DNA of 64,000 nt from Thalia democratica (Eukaryota), in assembly GCA_965202585.1 (NCBI GenBank), contig OZ241831.1:43896001-43960000 (forward strand), written 5' to 3'. Shown piece by piece: positions 13,201-25,185 of this stretch (position 1 is the first letter of the stretch; each line of letters opens with the position of its first letter). Under the pieces are notes generated by a model. That model was not told the origin of the DNA. It ran no database searches and saw only the letters and a list, made by a program, of their open reading frames with translations. A program made the position numbers and the translations under genes.

Positions 13201-16200
13201 TAAAAGTATAGTTTAAAATGGTCTCTTAAAATAGTAACTAAAGTAGTATAATATAGATAATATAAAAAACTGATTCCCTGGTGTTGAATAGTTTTATTGT
13301 TAACACAACTAAAATAGCTGTAGAGTAAAAAACTAAAAATAGTCTAAGTTTTTAAAATAGTATTTAAATGAAATTTAAAGAAATATTACTATATAAAAAT
13401 TTATTGAGCTTTGAAACATCTGAATCTATTAAGAGCTTTTAATTTTATCAAAATTTATTAAACGCTAAACATTCCAATCATCGTAGTTTTAAAATTACTA
13501 AAAACTTTTATATCGCTCAGAAATAATCTTCAATACATTTGATATAAACGAACTGAGCGTGATTCTTTCTCCGCTGTCGGCGGGCAAGAGGAACACGAGG
13601 ATCGCTAACGAGTTGACGAGGAAGCAGGGCAGTATGAAGTTAAAGCCGTAGAAGAGGGTCTGCCTCCTTATGTGCAGGTAGAAGGTGATGTCCACGAAAG
13701 GAAGCTCGCAGCAAGCGTAATCCTCTTCGCTGCGCTTCGATGTCATTGCTGTTTGTTTTAATTTTTAACATAGATCTTACATTTTACTATAAGATAACCG
13801 ATTTGCATCAAAACTTATATAATAGTCCTTCCCGGTAGACTTAGCGTACAAACCAGAAGCTTATCAAGTTCTAGTTATTTGTTCTAAAGCATAAAATAAT
13901 AGTTGTACATGTACATTTTAATGATAAACAATTTTGTCGGAGGCGTTCTTTGTTTTTGTCACTGTCAAACTTAAACTTTTAATTTGTTCTTTTTTTCCTT
14001 ACTTTAAGTGCTTTAAACTAAATTTAAAACTTTTACATTGAAAAACCACCACGGGTTCGTGGTAAAAACAAACAAAACATTGCAACGACGACTCGAACAA
14101 AACAACCGCTGTTACGTCACACTCACAGATGAGCTGCCACTCTTTGCTGGTCACCTCCGAGAAGTCGACGGGTTTTGAAAGCTGCAAGTTCACCTCTTTC
14201 ATGTTGTACTCCCAAATGCCAAACTTTATCTTGCAGGTTTGGTCATCGAAGGGAAAGTACCTGAAGTGATTTTTTTTATAAAACCTCAGTAAATAAATGT
14301 TCACACATTTGAAAAACTCAACAAAATTCAGCTGCACTTTGGCTAACAGAACACTTAAAATCTGATGACTTCTTAGTTTTAAGCTTCTATACTTTAAACT
14401 TTTAAACTACTTACTGCGTTCTTCTTAAAATAAGCTAAGTGTTATAAGAAGCCTACAGTTTTGAAATGCTTCAAAGTCTAAATTAAATACAATCAAAAAA
14501 AAAAAACATCGCCGAAAGTCGCAGAGCAGAATCCTGGACTTTCGTATGCCGTGAGACAAGCTCAAGTTTAACAAAAGGGTTGATCATACCAATTCGATCA
14601 TCAGACCACAAGCTTCGGTAGACTGAGACCTGGGTTTCGTCCTCATTAGGACTCATCTTGCAGTCTTCAATCTACAAACGATGTGATCAACCCTTTTGTT
14701 TTTCTAAATTAAATAAAATCATATTTTTCAATTTGAATGAAATTACTTGGTATCAACACTGCAGTAAGTTTTGAAAAGTCCCGGAGGCATCCAGTCCACT
14801 CCCCCATTGTGACTGATGATTGCTTTTGCGGGAAACACCGAGTGGAAGTTGTCAACGACACTGCATAATATTCAATGCTATGAACAAACACACTAGGACA
14901 GTTAAGGCGTACGTATAAATATCAAATGAAAAAATTATTTTGATTTATTATAAAAATTAAAAAAGTATTAAGTGTTTTAAATGTATACGAAAAACTTTTA
15001 ATGTAACTTTTGTCTTAATTCAAACATCTTTATACAAAAACATCGTATATGGGTTTAAAAATCAAGAGAAGTAGTGTTTAGGTTCAATATAGGTTTTGCA
15101 TTCCAGTAATTTATTTATTTATTATTATAAACGACGTTAAAAATCCATTGTTCGAAAATACCAATAAAATGCTTTTGTTTAAAAATTTTCAATGTAGCTT
15201 TTGTTGACCGAGCATTTGTCTGATAACTTAGATAAAAAACTCTCTAAACTTAGTATTTTAAACTTAAAATATTTTTGTTATGTTTAGAAACATTAAAATA
15301 AAAATAATCAAAACCTTTTTTGTTAATTGTTTAGTAAATTATAATGATATTAGTTTTTCAAAAATTTAAATTTTAATAATAATACAATGTTTCACTCGCT
15401 TGAACCTAATCAAACGACTAATCATCAGTTGAACAAAATCTGTAAAAAAGTTTATATGAACATGCAAGAAGACATTAGGCTAAACTTGAAAGAAAAAACT
15501 AAAAGAAAAAACCAAATAAAACTTGTAGTATAAATCTGTCAATTTTTGAAAATCGTAATGTTATCAGTTTAGTTTATGTTAATATTAGATAAATGTAACC
15601 TACTTAATAATATAATATTTTTAAAATTTAAATAAAACAAATAAATATACTTACATTTACCAGGCTAGTAAAATTTGTGAACAATATAAAAGAAAACAGT
15701 ACTTGCAACCAAAGCATTAAACTGAATATAATGTTTAAAAAAAAAAAAAACTGTTAACTATCGTATTTAATGCTTTAGTTGCCAGTATTGGTTACTTCCT
15801 ATTGTTCACAAATTTTACAAGCCTGCTAAATGAAAGTACATTTATTTGCTTGTTTAAGTTTTAAAACTATAATATTATTAAGTAGCTTACATTTATCAAA
15901 TATTAACATAAACTAAACTAAATTATGTTAGTAACTTGCCTATTATAAATTAAAATATTTGGTATCCAAATATGTTTTGAAGGCACAATTATTCTTTTAA
16001 TTCCGGAGTAATTTCTCGGGTCCCACGTCAAGTATTCGTCAGTCCAATTCTAAAATATATATAACCTGTTAAGACCAAATAGATTAACTGCTAACTCACT
16101 TTATAGTTCTGCTTTCAATTTTTAATGTGCTTGTAAGTTAGAATAAAAACGAGAGCAATGTTTTTTAATCACCATAATATACTTAAACATATACTTTTAA

Positions 16201-19200
16201 ACATTACTTTAATTAGTAAGTACAAAATTAGTTTGAATATAACCTTTTAAATCTTAACACACGTGTCAAACAAAGACTTTCTGGTAATGTAATCATAAGT
16301 CAAGCTATTCTCTACAAAATGAGTTGAAAGTCAACTTTCCTAGCAAAATTGATACAATAAAAGCTAGTAACAGCCAGGAGATACTCCCAGCTGAAATTAA
16401 TAATTTAAAGATTGTTTACACCTCAAACAAGCTGCTTGAGTCACACAAAAACGGTGCTCAATGTTAAATAAGCTACTTATCAAATTTTTGGCTACAAAAA
16501 GGACGTTTTTATTTATATGGTTAACTATTAGTTATAAAAATATATCCAGTACAACTTTGTGTTTTTATTTTAAAATGACTTTTTTTAACCCAGTTCAAAC
16601 ATCTTTTTATTTTTTGAAGAACAAAATACTTTCTAATTCAAGTAAAACTCTTTAAAAAGTATACAACAACGAATTTTTAAACATTTATTGTTTGGTGAGT
16701 ATCAAACATTTACACTTTTGGTTTAAAATTCACTGAATACTGTTCAAGAGTAAGGAATAAATTATCTATAAATAATACAAAATGTGTTACGTTTTTTATG
16801 TTGATTTACTACAAAAAATTGTATATAAATTTTTAGGTCTAACAATAAGGAACTAAATTTCTCAGACTTTCACAAGAAACACTAAAAAATGTTTTTGACA
16901 TTTACATCGATGAAATTCAAACAAAAGAAACTTCACATTGTTTTATAAACAAATAATTTCTTAAAGTCAAGTTTTAAAGTTTTGAATTTTTCTCAAAAGC
17001 ATATTCCATGCGTTCGATGTAATAACATGAAACAATGTGTATGACATTATCTTTGTTGACAGACACACAAGTAAACAACGAACTTTCACTTCAAACAAAA
17101 GTTAATTTGTCACCTCAAGAAATGTCACAGCGACAGATTAGTCGTCTCGAGAAATCTCGTAAACAAACACGTGTCGCCTTTGTTTCGCAACGAAAACTTT
17201 TGCATAGTGACGTCACTAAGCCGTTTTTTATGAGGCTTGCGATTTATCGCTACTGAATTTTGTTTTGGTTTTGTTTAGTTGTGTATTGAAATTATTTTAT
17301 GTGTTTGAAAGCCTTTATGAAAAAAACGTTTATGATAAAAATAAAAAGTCGGTGAACTTTGAAATTCTCGTTTTAATGCGCATAAACTCATTTACTTTTT
17401 AACTTTTGTCTGTTTAAAAACTTTGTTGGACCTATTTATATGAACCGTTTAAAAAACTATATAATATCAAAACTTGTTTTTATCAATAGCAATGAACTTG
17501 CTGTTTTCACTTTGAGCTTCTGGTCAGTTGTATTGATTTTTCATACTACAGGCGCGTTAAAATTAAATCTTATCCCACTACGGCAATAACAATTCAATTG
17601 AAAAAGTAATATTATAGTAGTATAAAACTAAAGGCAAACTAACCTTAAACAAACATGTTTAAAAAACTAATAGTTATATTTTCACATTTGTTTAAAACAA
17701 CATTAATTGCTTCAAAAGGTTTTATCTCTAAAACAAAAAATGTTATATTATCGTGAAAAAGATAAGGATCGATATATTCACACGTTCCAGTTATTTTACT
17801 ATCAGTTGTCAACTAACCATAATAGGGTACATGGACGTTGTGAGTATCTGGTTTTTCTCGTTCTGTAAAATATAATTTTGTTCAAACTGAAGCAAGATTT
17901 TGACTTTACATTATCTCGTTGATACAATTTTTAACAGTTTAGATGTTTTCTTAGTTTAGTTTAATGAATGATTGAAGCATTGTGAAAAATTATAAATATT
18001 TATATCTTGACTACATTAAAATTATAAATGCATTACTAAATGAAGAAATTTTAATAACAAGTTGCTAAATTGAATTAATTAAAAACTTTCTGTATAATAA
18101 TAATGCACAGCATATATATAGATATAACAAAGTAACTTATGTTATAAAAGTTTTAACAGTTTTCGGTAAACTTTGTTTTTCTAGTTAGTTTCTTAAATTC
18201 GCCTTGAATATTTACTAAAATACCCTTGTTTACGAACCATAGAATCAATATTGCTAAAGTGTGGTAAAAAGTTTAGAAAAAAAAAATTTAAACTTGTTTT
18301 AATTGTATTAGCTTTGTTCAAGCAAAATAATTGGATTAAAAACGACAATGAATTAAGTTATACGAAGGTATTTTTATACTATAACAAAGTTTAAGCTCAA
18401 AAGTCGTAATATTTGATTATCCTCGCTTTTTTACTACAAGGATAACTTGTTTTTTTCGTACTTTTAACATTAAATAACTTTTTTAGAGTATATATCGACT
18501 AATATAAAATTTTCCTAAAAAAAGCTTATTGCTCATTGTCGACAATAAGCAACTGTATTTAATGGTCTGGTGTAACAAATTTGAATATTTTAAAATTTGG
18601 TATCCTGTGCAAAAGTTAAGAATGTGATTATACCTATGTGCTTATGTTAGCATATAGTTTTTATAATGTGTTTATAATAAACAGCATACACTTTTAAAAT
18701 CAATATATCAAAAATCAAGTTTCATACAATGATACTTAATTTATTACAAACAAACTTCGACGCAACTTAGTAAGTGCTTGACCTTACTTTGCTTTACTTA
18801 TACAATTCTATTTTGAGCATATACTAGGACCAACGGTTTTATAACGTAAACAAACAAATTAAAAATAATTTGAATACTTAAAAATTTAAAAAGTATGAAG
18901 CAGACTTAGTTTAAACTAAACTAGAAAGTTAAAGAACTATTTATATGATTTGACTCTAATTCAATTTAAAATAGTTTAAACTTTAGTTTCCAATTTTTTT
19001 TGTACAACAGTTTAATGATAGTTAGTTTCCATAAACGCTACAGCTACATTGTAAGCCTCACCTTTATACTCATCGCCCGACACAGGCTATGAAAACACTA
19101 AACATGTCAATTTTTCCGCGGAGCCAGTAAGAAAAAAAAGACAGCCACAACAGATAAAGACTTTCAAACTCGGCTTATCAGCCAACCAGATCTAAACACA

Positions 19201-22010
19201 GTGATTGTAACCACTGTGCTACTGTATGTAAAACTCAACTGAAAAAACAAAGATTTGAACTGAAAGTTGTTGGTGTTTACGATTCGCCACTTAAATTTTC
19301 AAATTAAACTTTAATGAAAATTGCTAAGAAACTATCGTCAGCCGTAATTATATTTACGTTTAGCTTTTTTGCCAATGAAATATTTATTGAGGGTTTTAGT
19401 AGCTTCTTTTTGTGGTCGATTTTCTACTTGGATGCTATGAATGAAAGCGTGTTATCACAAAAAGCGGATCATTTTTTTTCAATATTATGCAACTTTTTTT
19501 TTCTTGCGTTTTAGAAGTTGTTTTTGCGAAAATTGTGTAAACGATAATAATGTGTAAAGGTACACTGTCTTGTTAAGTTTTTCAAAAGTTCTAGTTTTTA
19601 TATTTCAATATATATGTATTGTTGTAAAATTAACTAAATCGTTCACTAAGTTTTTTTACTCGAATTGAAATAAGGTACAAGCGAATATTCTAAAGATAGC
19701 AAATTTTTCCGTTTAATAAATAAGTTTTTGCAATATAAAGTGCTGAAAATAATAGTTTTTAAACTTTTTAATTTCCATAAATACTAAATACGTGCCGAAG
19801 AAAGATTACTTTTGTTAACAATAGGGATTAGGATTATTGTGCTACTGAAATCATTTTTAGCAGTACGAATGACAATTTCAACATGTGTATTGCAATTTTT
19901 TATGATACACGCAACGCGCTTAATGTTCTAACTTAATATTTATAAGCATAAGTTTTGAACAATAAAGTGGCTTTAATATTTATAAGCTTGTGTAAAAACA
20001 CGTTTACTCTGAAATACGCTCGAAGATATTTTCATATTTTAAGTATTAAAGCTTAGCTTGTAATTTTTTTCTTTTGTAGTACTTTTTTAAACGTTTTCAG
20101 AAACGAGTTATTTGTTGAAAATGTGTTTATTGAGAGTTGCCTTTATTGCGCTTATTAATATAAGTTTATTAGATGAGATAAAATAAAACATTTTTTTAGT
20201 TGTTTAGTAAATTCTCTGCATTACTAGTGATTTTAATTTATTTATTTCAAATACTTATCAATTTTCAATATTACTATCCACCTTTAATAACCATTCTATC
20301 TCTTCATATAAATAGTTTTAAATCGTCGTTATTTATTGTACCCGAACATCTACCATACGGTAACGAAACTTTAGTTTATAATAAACGTTTTGTAGCTAAA
20401 TGTTTACTTAGTACTTTTGCTCTTATTGGTTTACGAGCACTTTAATCCTTTTCAGACAGAGACTTTTACAGTATACTAACAACTAATATCACATAGAATA
20501 TGTACATTTTAACAAACCAGACTGATAATTTGCTGAAGGGCCACGGTCAACCCCACCTCCATGGTCGTGCTCGAGTTCATCACAGGTCTGATTTTCGGAT
20601 CGTAGTTCTCAGGTCTGAACAGATCAAACATCAGGTTCTTCTCCGCTCTACTACACTCGTTTCCTGTTGACAAAAATGCGTGATTTGTATCAGTAAGCAG
20701 AAATTTATTAACAAACAGGACATGCAATAATTTCGAACAACTATTTTGTTACGTCTAAGCAAGAAGTTTTACGTAATTACACTTTATTAATTTTTTCGAC
20801 ATCAGATATTTTCTAATTTAATTCAGTAACTCCTCTTTTTTTTATATACTTTGAGTTACAACAAAGTCGTGATAGTGACGAAAAATAAAATATCAATTTT
20901 TGATTTTTAAGCATTTGTTTTCAAAGTTTTGTGATATTTGCTCCAAAATTAAGTTTATAATTTTACGAAAAAAAGATCCCTAAATGTCAATCACATGTTC
21001 AAAACAAATCATTCACTACAAAAACTTGATTTAAAATTGAAGATGCACTCATTGTAATGTATTTTATAAAAACAACAACACTTTAAAATGTCAGTTTCAA
21101 AGTTTTATAATCTTTTAATAAATGTTTCGTTTTCAAAAGTATTGCTCTTTTGAACGAAATGACTTATTTTATGTTTTCGTAACCTATATTCCAGTGAATT
21201 TTCAAACATAAACTTATCAAACGAACAATAAAGCTTAGAAGCATTTATAAAATGTCATTACTTAACTTTTTGGGAAGACATCATAATTGTTTATAATACG
21301 TTTTGATAATAATAAAGTGTTTGTAAAGTTAATTTAAAACGAGTTAGAATTTTAATTTTGTGATTGTTATTTATATTTACTGTTTGAAATTAAAATATAA
21401 GCTAAAATACTTTTTTGAAAGCTGTTTCGATATATAAAAATTTATAAAAACTATTCAAAACTTAAGTATTAAAACTTTTGTATTAATGTAGTAAGTTATT
21501 TTTTAGTTTATAACTATTTTAAGTGTTTTTTTAGTCAAATCAAATAATCATATAGTTTATAACAAAAAACTTGCAAAACCAATAAAAAGTTCTTTGAAAA
21601 GTTGAATCAGTTTATGATATGTAAAACTGTGATATGGTTTGTTTTTATTTATATTTGCTTGCTGTTTGTAAAATGTGATGGATTTTTTTATGATCTTTAA
21701 AAAATGTGTTTAAGTTACATATTATGAAATAGCTCGATATATTAATGTCATAGTTCCACAACTTTTTATTAACTCAATTAAACAACTTAAAAACAAATAT
21801 TCTTTAAAAATAGTTTAAAACTATCTTTTTAGTACAAAGCTACACTCAAACTGTTTATGAGATTAACATTAAAAAAAAACTTTTGTAACCATCATACTTA
21901 TAAAACAAAATTTTATTAGCTTTATTTTAAATTTGTTACCATCAAAAAGAAAACAAACTTTCTGCTTGCAAAGTGATCAAGGCTAGCAAAAGTAGCAAGT
22001 TGCGATACAT
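10257..22010 (-). CDS. Nicotinic acetylcholine receptor alpha subunit, alpha7-like, 490 aa, 13 exons
   Basis: Exons 22010-21959, 20663-20518, 17862-17818, 16049-15940, 14860-14747, 14260-14127, 13748-13554, 13022-12939, 12545-12433, 12165-12049, 11701-11583, 11098-10985 and 10386-10257 total 1473 nt in one open frame. The protein has a signal peptide, NEKNQ, the Cys-loop [15 protein letters not shown], vicinal cysteines YACC, GER before M2 and M4. The 45-nt and 110-nt exons match alpha7 exon sizes. The exon 10 donor (12049) and exon 12 acceptor (11098) have alternatives. Confidence 0.95.
14570..14700. repeat. Perfect 17-bp inverted repeat enclosing the hammerhead-like motif
   Basis: aacaaaagggttgatca (14570-14586) is the exact reverse complement of tgatcaacccttttgtt (14684-14700). 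Confidence 0.95.
14618..14675 (-). ncRNA. Type I hammerhead-ribozyme-like motif with a 4-nt core insertion, in nAChR intron 5
   Basis: The minus strand reads GTAGATT-GAA-GA-CT[GCAA]GATGA-GTCC-TAATGA-GGAC-GAAA-CC-CA-GG-TC/TC-AGTCTAC. This gives stem II GTCC/GGAC, GAAA, a minimal stem III, a GUC cleavage triplet and a bulged stem I. Confidence 0.7.
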
Positions 22011-25000
22011 GGTGATTTTCAGTAACTGCCAGATCACTTATTGACTTTATCAACATCGGATGGTTGCCAGTATGATATTCGTTATGTGGGCTCAACAGGC
22101 GAGCCCTGCTTATAACGAGTTCGACTTTTTTCTACTTTTTTCTTCCGCGCTGTAAAGTTCAACCGCGTACGCTTTTTATTTCCAGACAAAAAGCTTTATT
22201 TTTGCTAAACATAAGCAGCATAAGATTCCGTTCAAATTACATTTCAGGTTGTGGGGTCAAGTTCGAGCTTTAATTGGCTTAAGCGAAAGTTAAGCGATTG
22301 TTTGTGCTTGTAGCTTGCCGTGTAAAACTATCTTTCGCAGTTGTTTACCGGTTTGCAAAATACTTGGATTCGGTTTTTAATCGAACCCGCGCACGTTCGA
22401 TGCTGAATTAAATTTAACATTTTAACTGTTAAGCAGAGTAATTAAAAAATTTAATTTGTTCAAAATGTTTTTGTTCGAAGGATCGTTGCGGTGAAAAACA
22501 CTTGTTAGGTATTTTGCAAAAAACAAGCTGTTTTGTGTTTTAAACACTTTATGTGGTAAGATAGTTGTGTAAAAATAATTTAACGCAAGAAAATTTTTAG
22601 AGCTTCAAGTCATAAATTTTGTTCTACTTTAATACCTCAGACATTTTAAACATTTATACTAGTATATAGAAGCATGAAACAATTTTTGTATACATTAATT
22701 AGTTATTTTAAAGCTAAAAATTTGAAGTAAATATCAAAAAAAAACTTTTCTGTTATATAAATAGCTGGAATATTTTCGTATTTATTTCATACCGAAAACA
22801 AGTATTTTGAATACTATAGTTTATCGTATATTAATAAATTAGTTATCAATAAAACATAACGTGATATGAACAAACTCTAAATTTTTTCAATGACTAATAA
22901 TATGTTGTAAACACTTATACAGTAAACAGACCGTTTTAATCAAAGTCTTGATAAAGACATATTCACAAAGACAATATAACGGCTTAATACAAATTACAAA
23001 ATTAATACTAAATTACAAAACTTTACTGCTTACAATTTTATAAAATGTTAGAAGTTTAATTACGCATTGCTCGTATGAATTTCAAAATTACTAGTTAATA
23101 GCAACAATCAATTGGATTAGTAAACATAAATAGAGTGTTTGCTGTAACAGCATTTGAACATTTTTCTTTTAAGAATGACAACCAATTTATTTTGACAAAA
23201 ACAAAGTTAAGTTCGTAAAGTTTTTTTTTAATATTAAAATTAGTCTTTAAAAAATATTTCATTATTAATTAAAAAAAAGTTATAAACTTAGTTTTTAGTT
23301 TTTTTAGAGTTTAAGACTAAAGCGTCTTAAACAGTGTAAACTTTTAAAGCTGTGTAATATTTGTTATAAACTAAAGAAATATTAAAATTTTTGACTGAAG
23401 TAGCTTTTTTGAAAAACAAATAAAAAAAATAGCTTAGCTTCTTAAATTAAGAATCGTAAACTTCATACAAAAAAGTAAAACTCTTAATGGGAGAAAAAGC
23501 TATTATACAACTATACACATTATAAAAATCTTAAAATTGCTTCCTTTAAAAAGTAGTTTTTAGCTAAAAAGCAAGTCGCAAGCTAGAATTTTGAACACCA
23601 TTATTTAAATAACTTGGACTTAATTGCTTTTTCACTGTTCATTTTTATAATCCCTTTCTTTGTATAAACATAGCTACAACTCCTCTTCTTAAAAGGATGT
23701 TTTTTTAAACAAAATCATCAGTTTACGTTTCAAAGGAGTTTTATTTATAAATAAAAGTTTTTTTTTTCAGATTTTGATTTTATGATAACTTTATTGTTTT
23801 ATTTTTAATTATTTTTGTTTTAAATGACGTTACGGTTAAAATAGAAAAAGTAATCAAACTAATTTTAAATTTTTGAATGAAGGTTGGTAAGGTAATTAAA
23901 ACTTTTCGCTATAAATGTCAAAGATGTTTTTAAATACAATTAAAACGTTCTACTATAATCTAACACCAAAAGTAATTTTAGCTTGAAATAAGTTTAAGAC
24001 AAGACAAAGTTTTAATAGTAATATTCAACACATGGTGCTCTTACAGTATTATGATTATACTAAATATTACCAATTCTCCCCTCTTGTTTAATTTTGAGTT
24101 TTTTGATGCATTTTTTGTGGTTGTTCTCGTGTTTGTGGTTGTTCTTGTAGAAAGGACAAAAACAACAATGTGAGTGTAAATGGTCATAAAAATTGAAATT
24201 TAGGGGAAGGCACGGTGTGGAACCCGCCCATGGTAGACTTGAATGGTCGATACTGGCAGTAATGGGTTAAAAAGGGTGCTTACCATTTCAAACTTGAATA
24301 TATTCTGTTAATGCATATATTACTACTTTTGAAGTTTTTATTTATTTTTTCATTACTGCTTTAAAGTTAGCTCAAAGTATTAGTTACAAGCAAATGGTGC
24401 GCAGCTCGATGACCGAAAGATCTTTCTCCACACCAATCCATTGACCTTAGTTTTGAGCGTTCACATTTTTTTTACTCTCAATATTAAAGTTCTTTACTTC
24501 AAGGTTAATCAAAATACATAAAAAATGTATGGTTCTAACCATTTATCAATTCATTAGTTCTAGTATTAAGCTTTGCTAAAAGTATATATTTGTTTTATAA
24601 GCAAAAATAATACACTTTATATATATTAAATATTAATTAAATTTAAAGTAAATGTTTAAGTTAAACAACAGTGTTATTTTACTTTAAGTTTTTATTTAGA
24701 AACATCTAACCAGTATTATTAACTACTTTATTACACTTTTTAATAAAATGAAAATAAACTACCCAAAAAATTAGTTGTATTCGTCCACTTAACAACTTAA
24801 CCTTGATTTTTTGTGATACAATTTTGTAAACACTTAACTTTAAAACTAATAAATAGAGAGTTTGTAAACAAATACACAGAAGGTTTTCATTATTTTTCAA
24901 TAAAATACTTTAAAGTTTACTGTAGAAATTTAATGGAAATTTTTTTAAATATTAATCAAAATTGGTTGAGCTCTAATGTTTCAGGCTGTTTTAAAACTGA

Positions 25001-25185
25001 CTTGAAATTTGTATAAACATTTTACTTTGGTATTTACTTTCAGAAAATGTCTACTTTCAAACTAAATTTATTTAGCAGTTTCTAATTTTTTAAGCACTTT
25101 AGTTCAAAAATAATTCTTTTTTTTAATTTAAACTACAATCAACATCTTATTCTTGCTTATACAGTAAATTAATTTTAACGTTGTC

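Noticed and set aside
15406-15439. 34-nt minus-strand pseudo-exon (strong acceptor, GTTCAA donor) in nAChR intron 4, containing CTGATGA
   Set aside because: It contains a stop and shifts the frame, there is no stem II or GAAA for a hammerhead, and there is no independent support.
19196-19220. cacagtg...cactgtg, resembling an RSS heptamer or Transib end
   Set aside because: Only an 8-nt spacer and no nonamer at 12 or 23 nt; a short chance hairpin.
24180-24270. GC-elevated tract ending aatgggttaa (piggyBac-like TTAA-CCC terminus on the minus strand)
   Set aside because: No partner TIR or second TTAA end was found; at most an undefined fragment.
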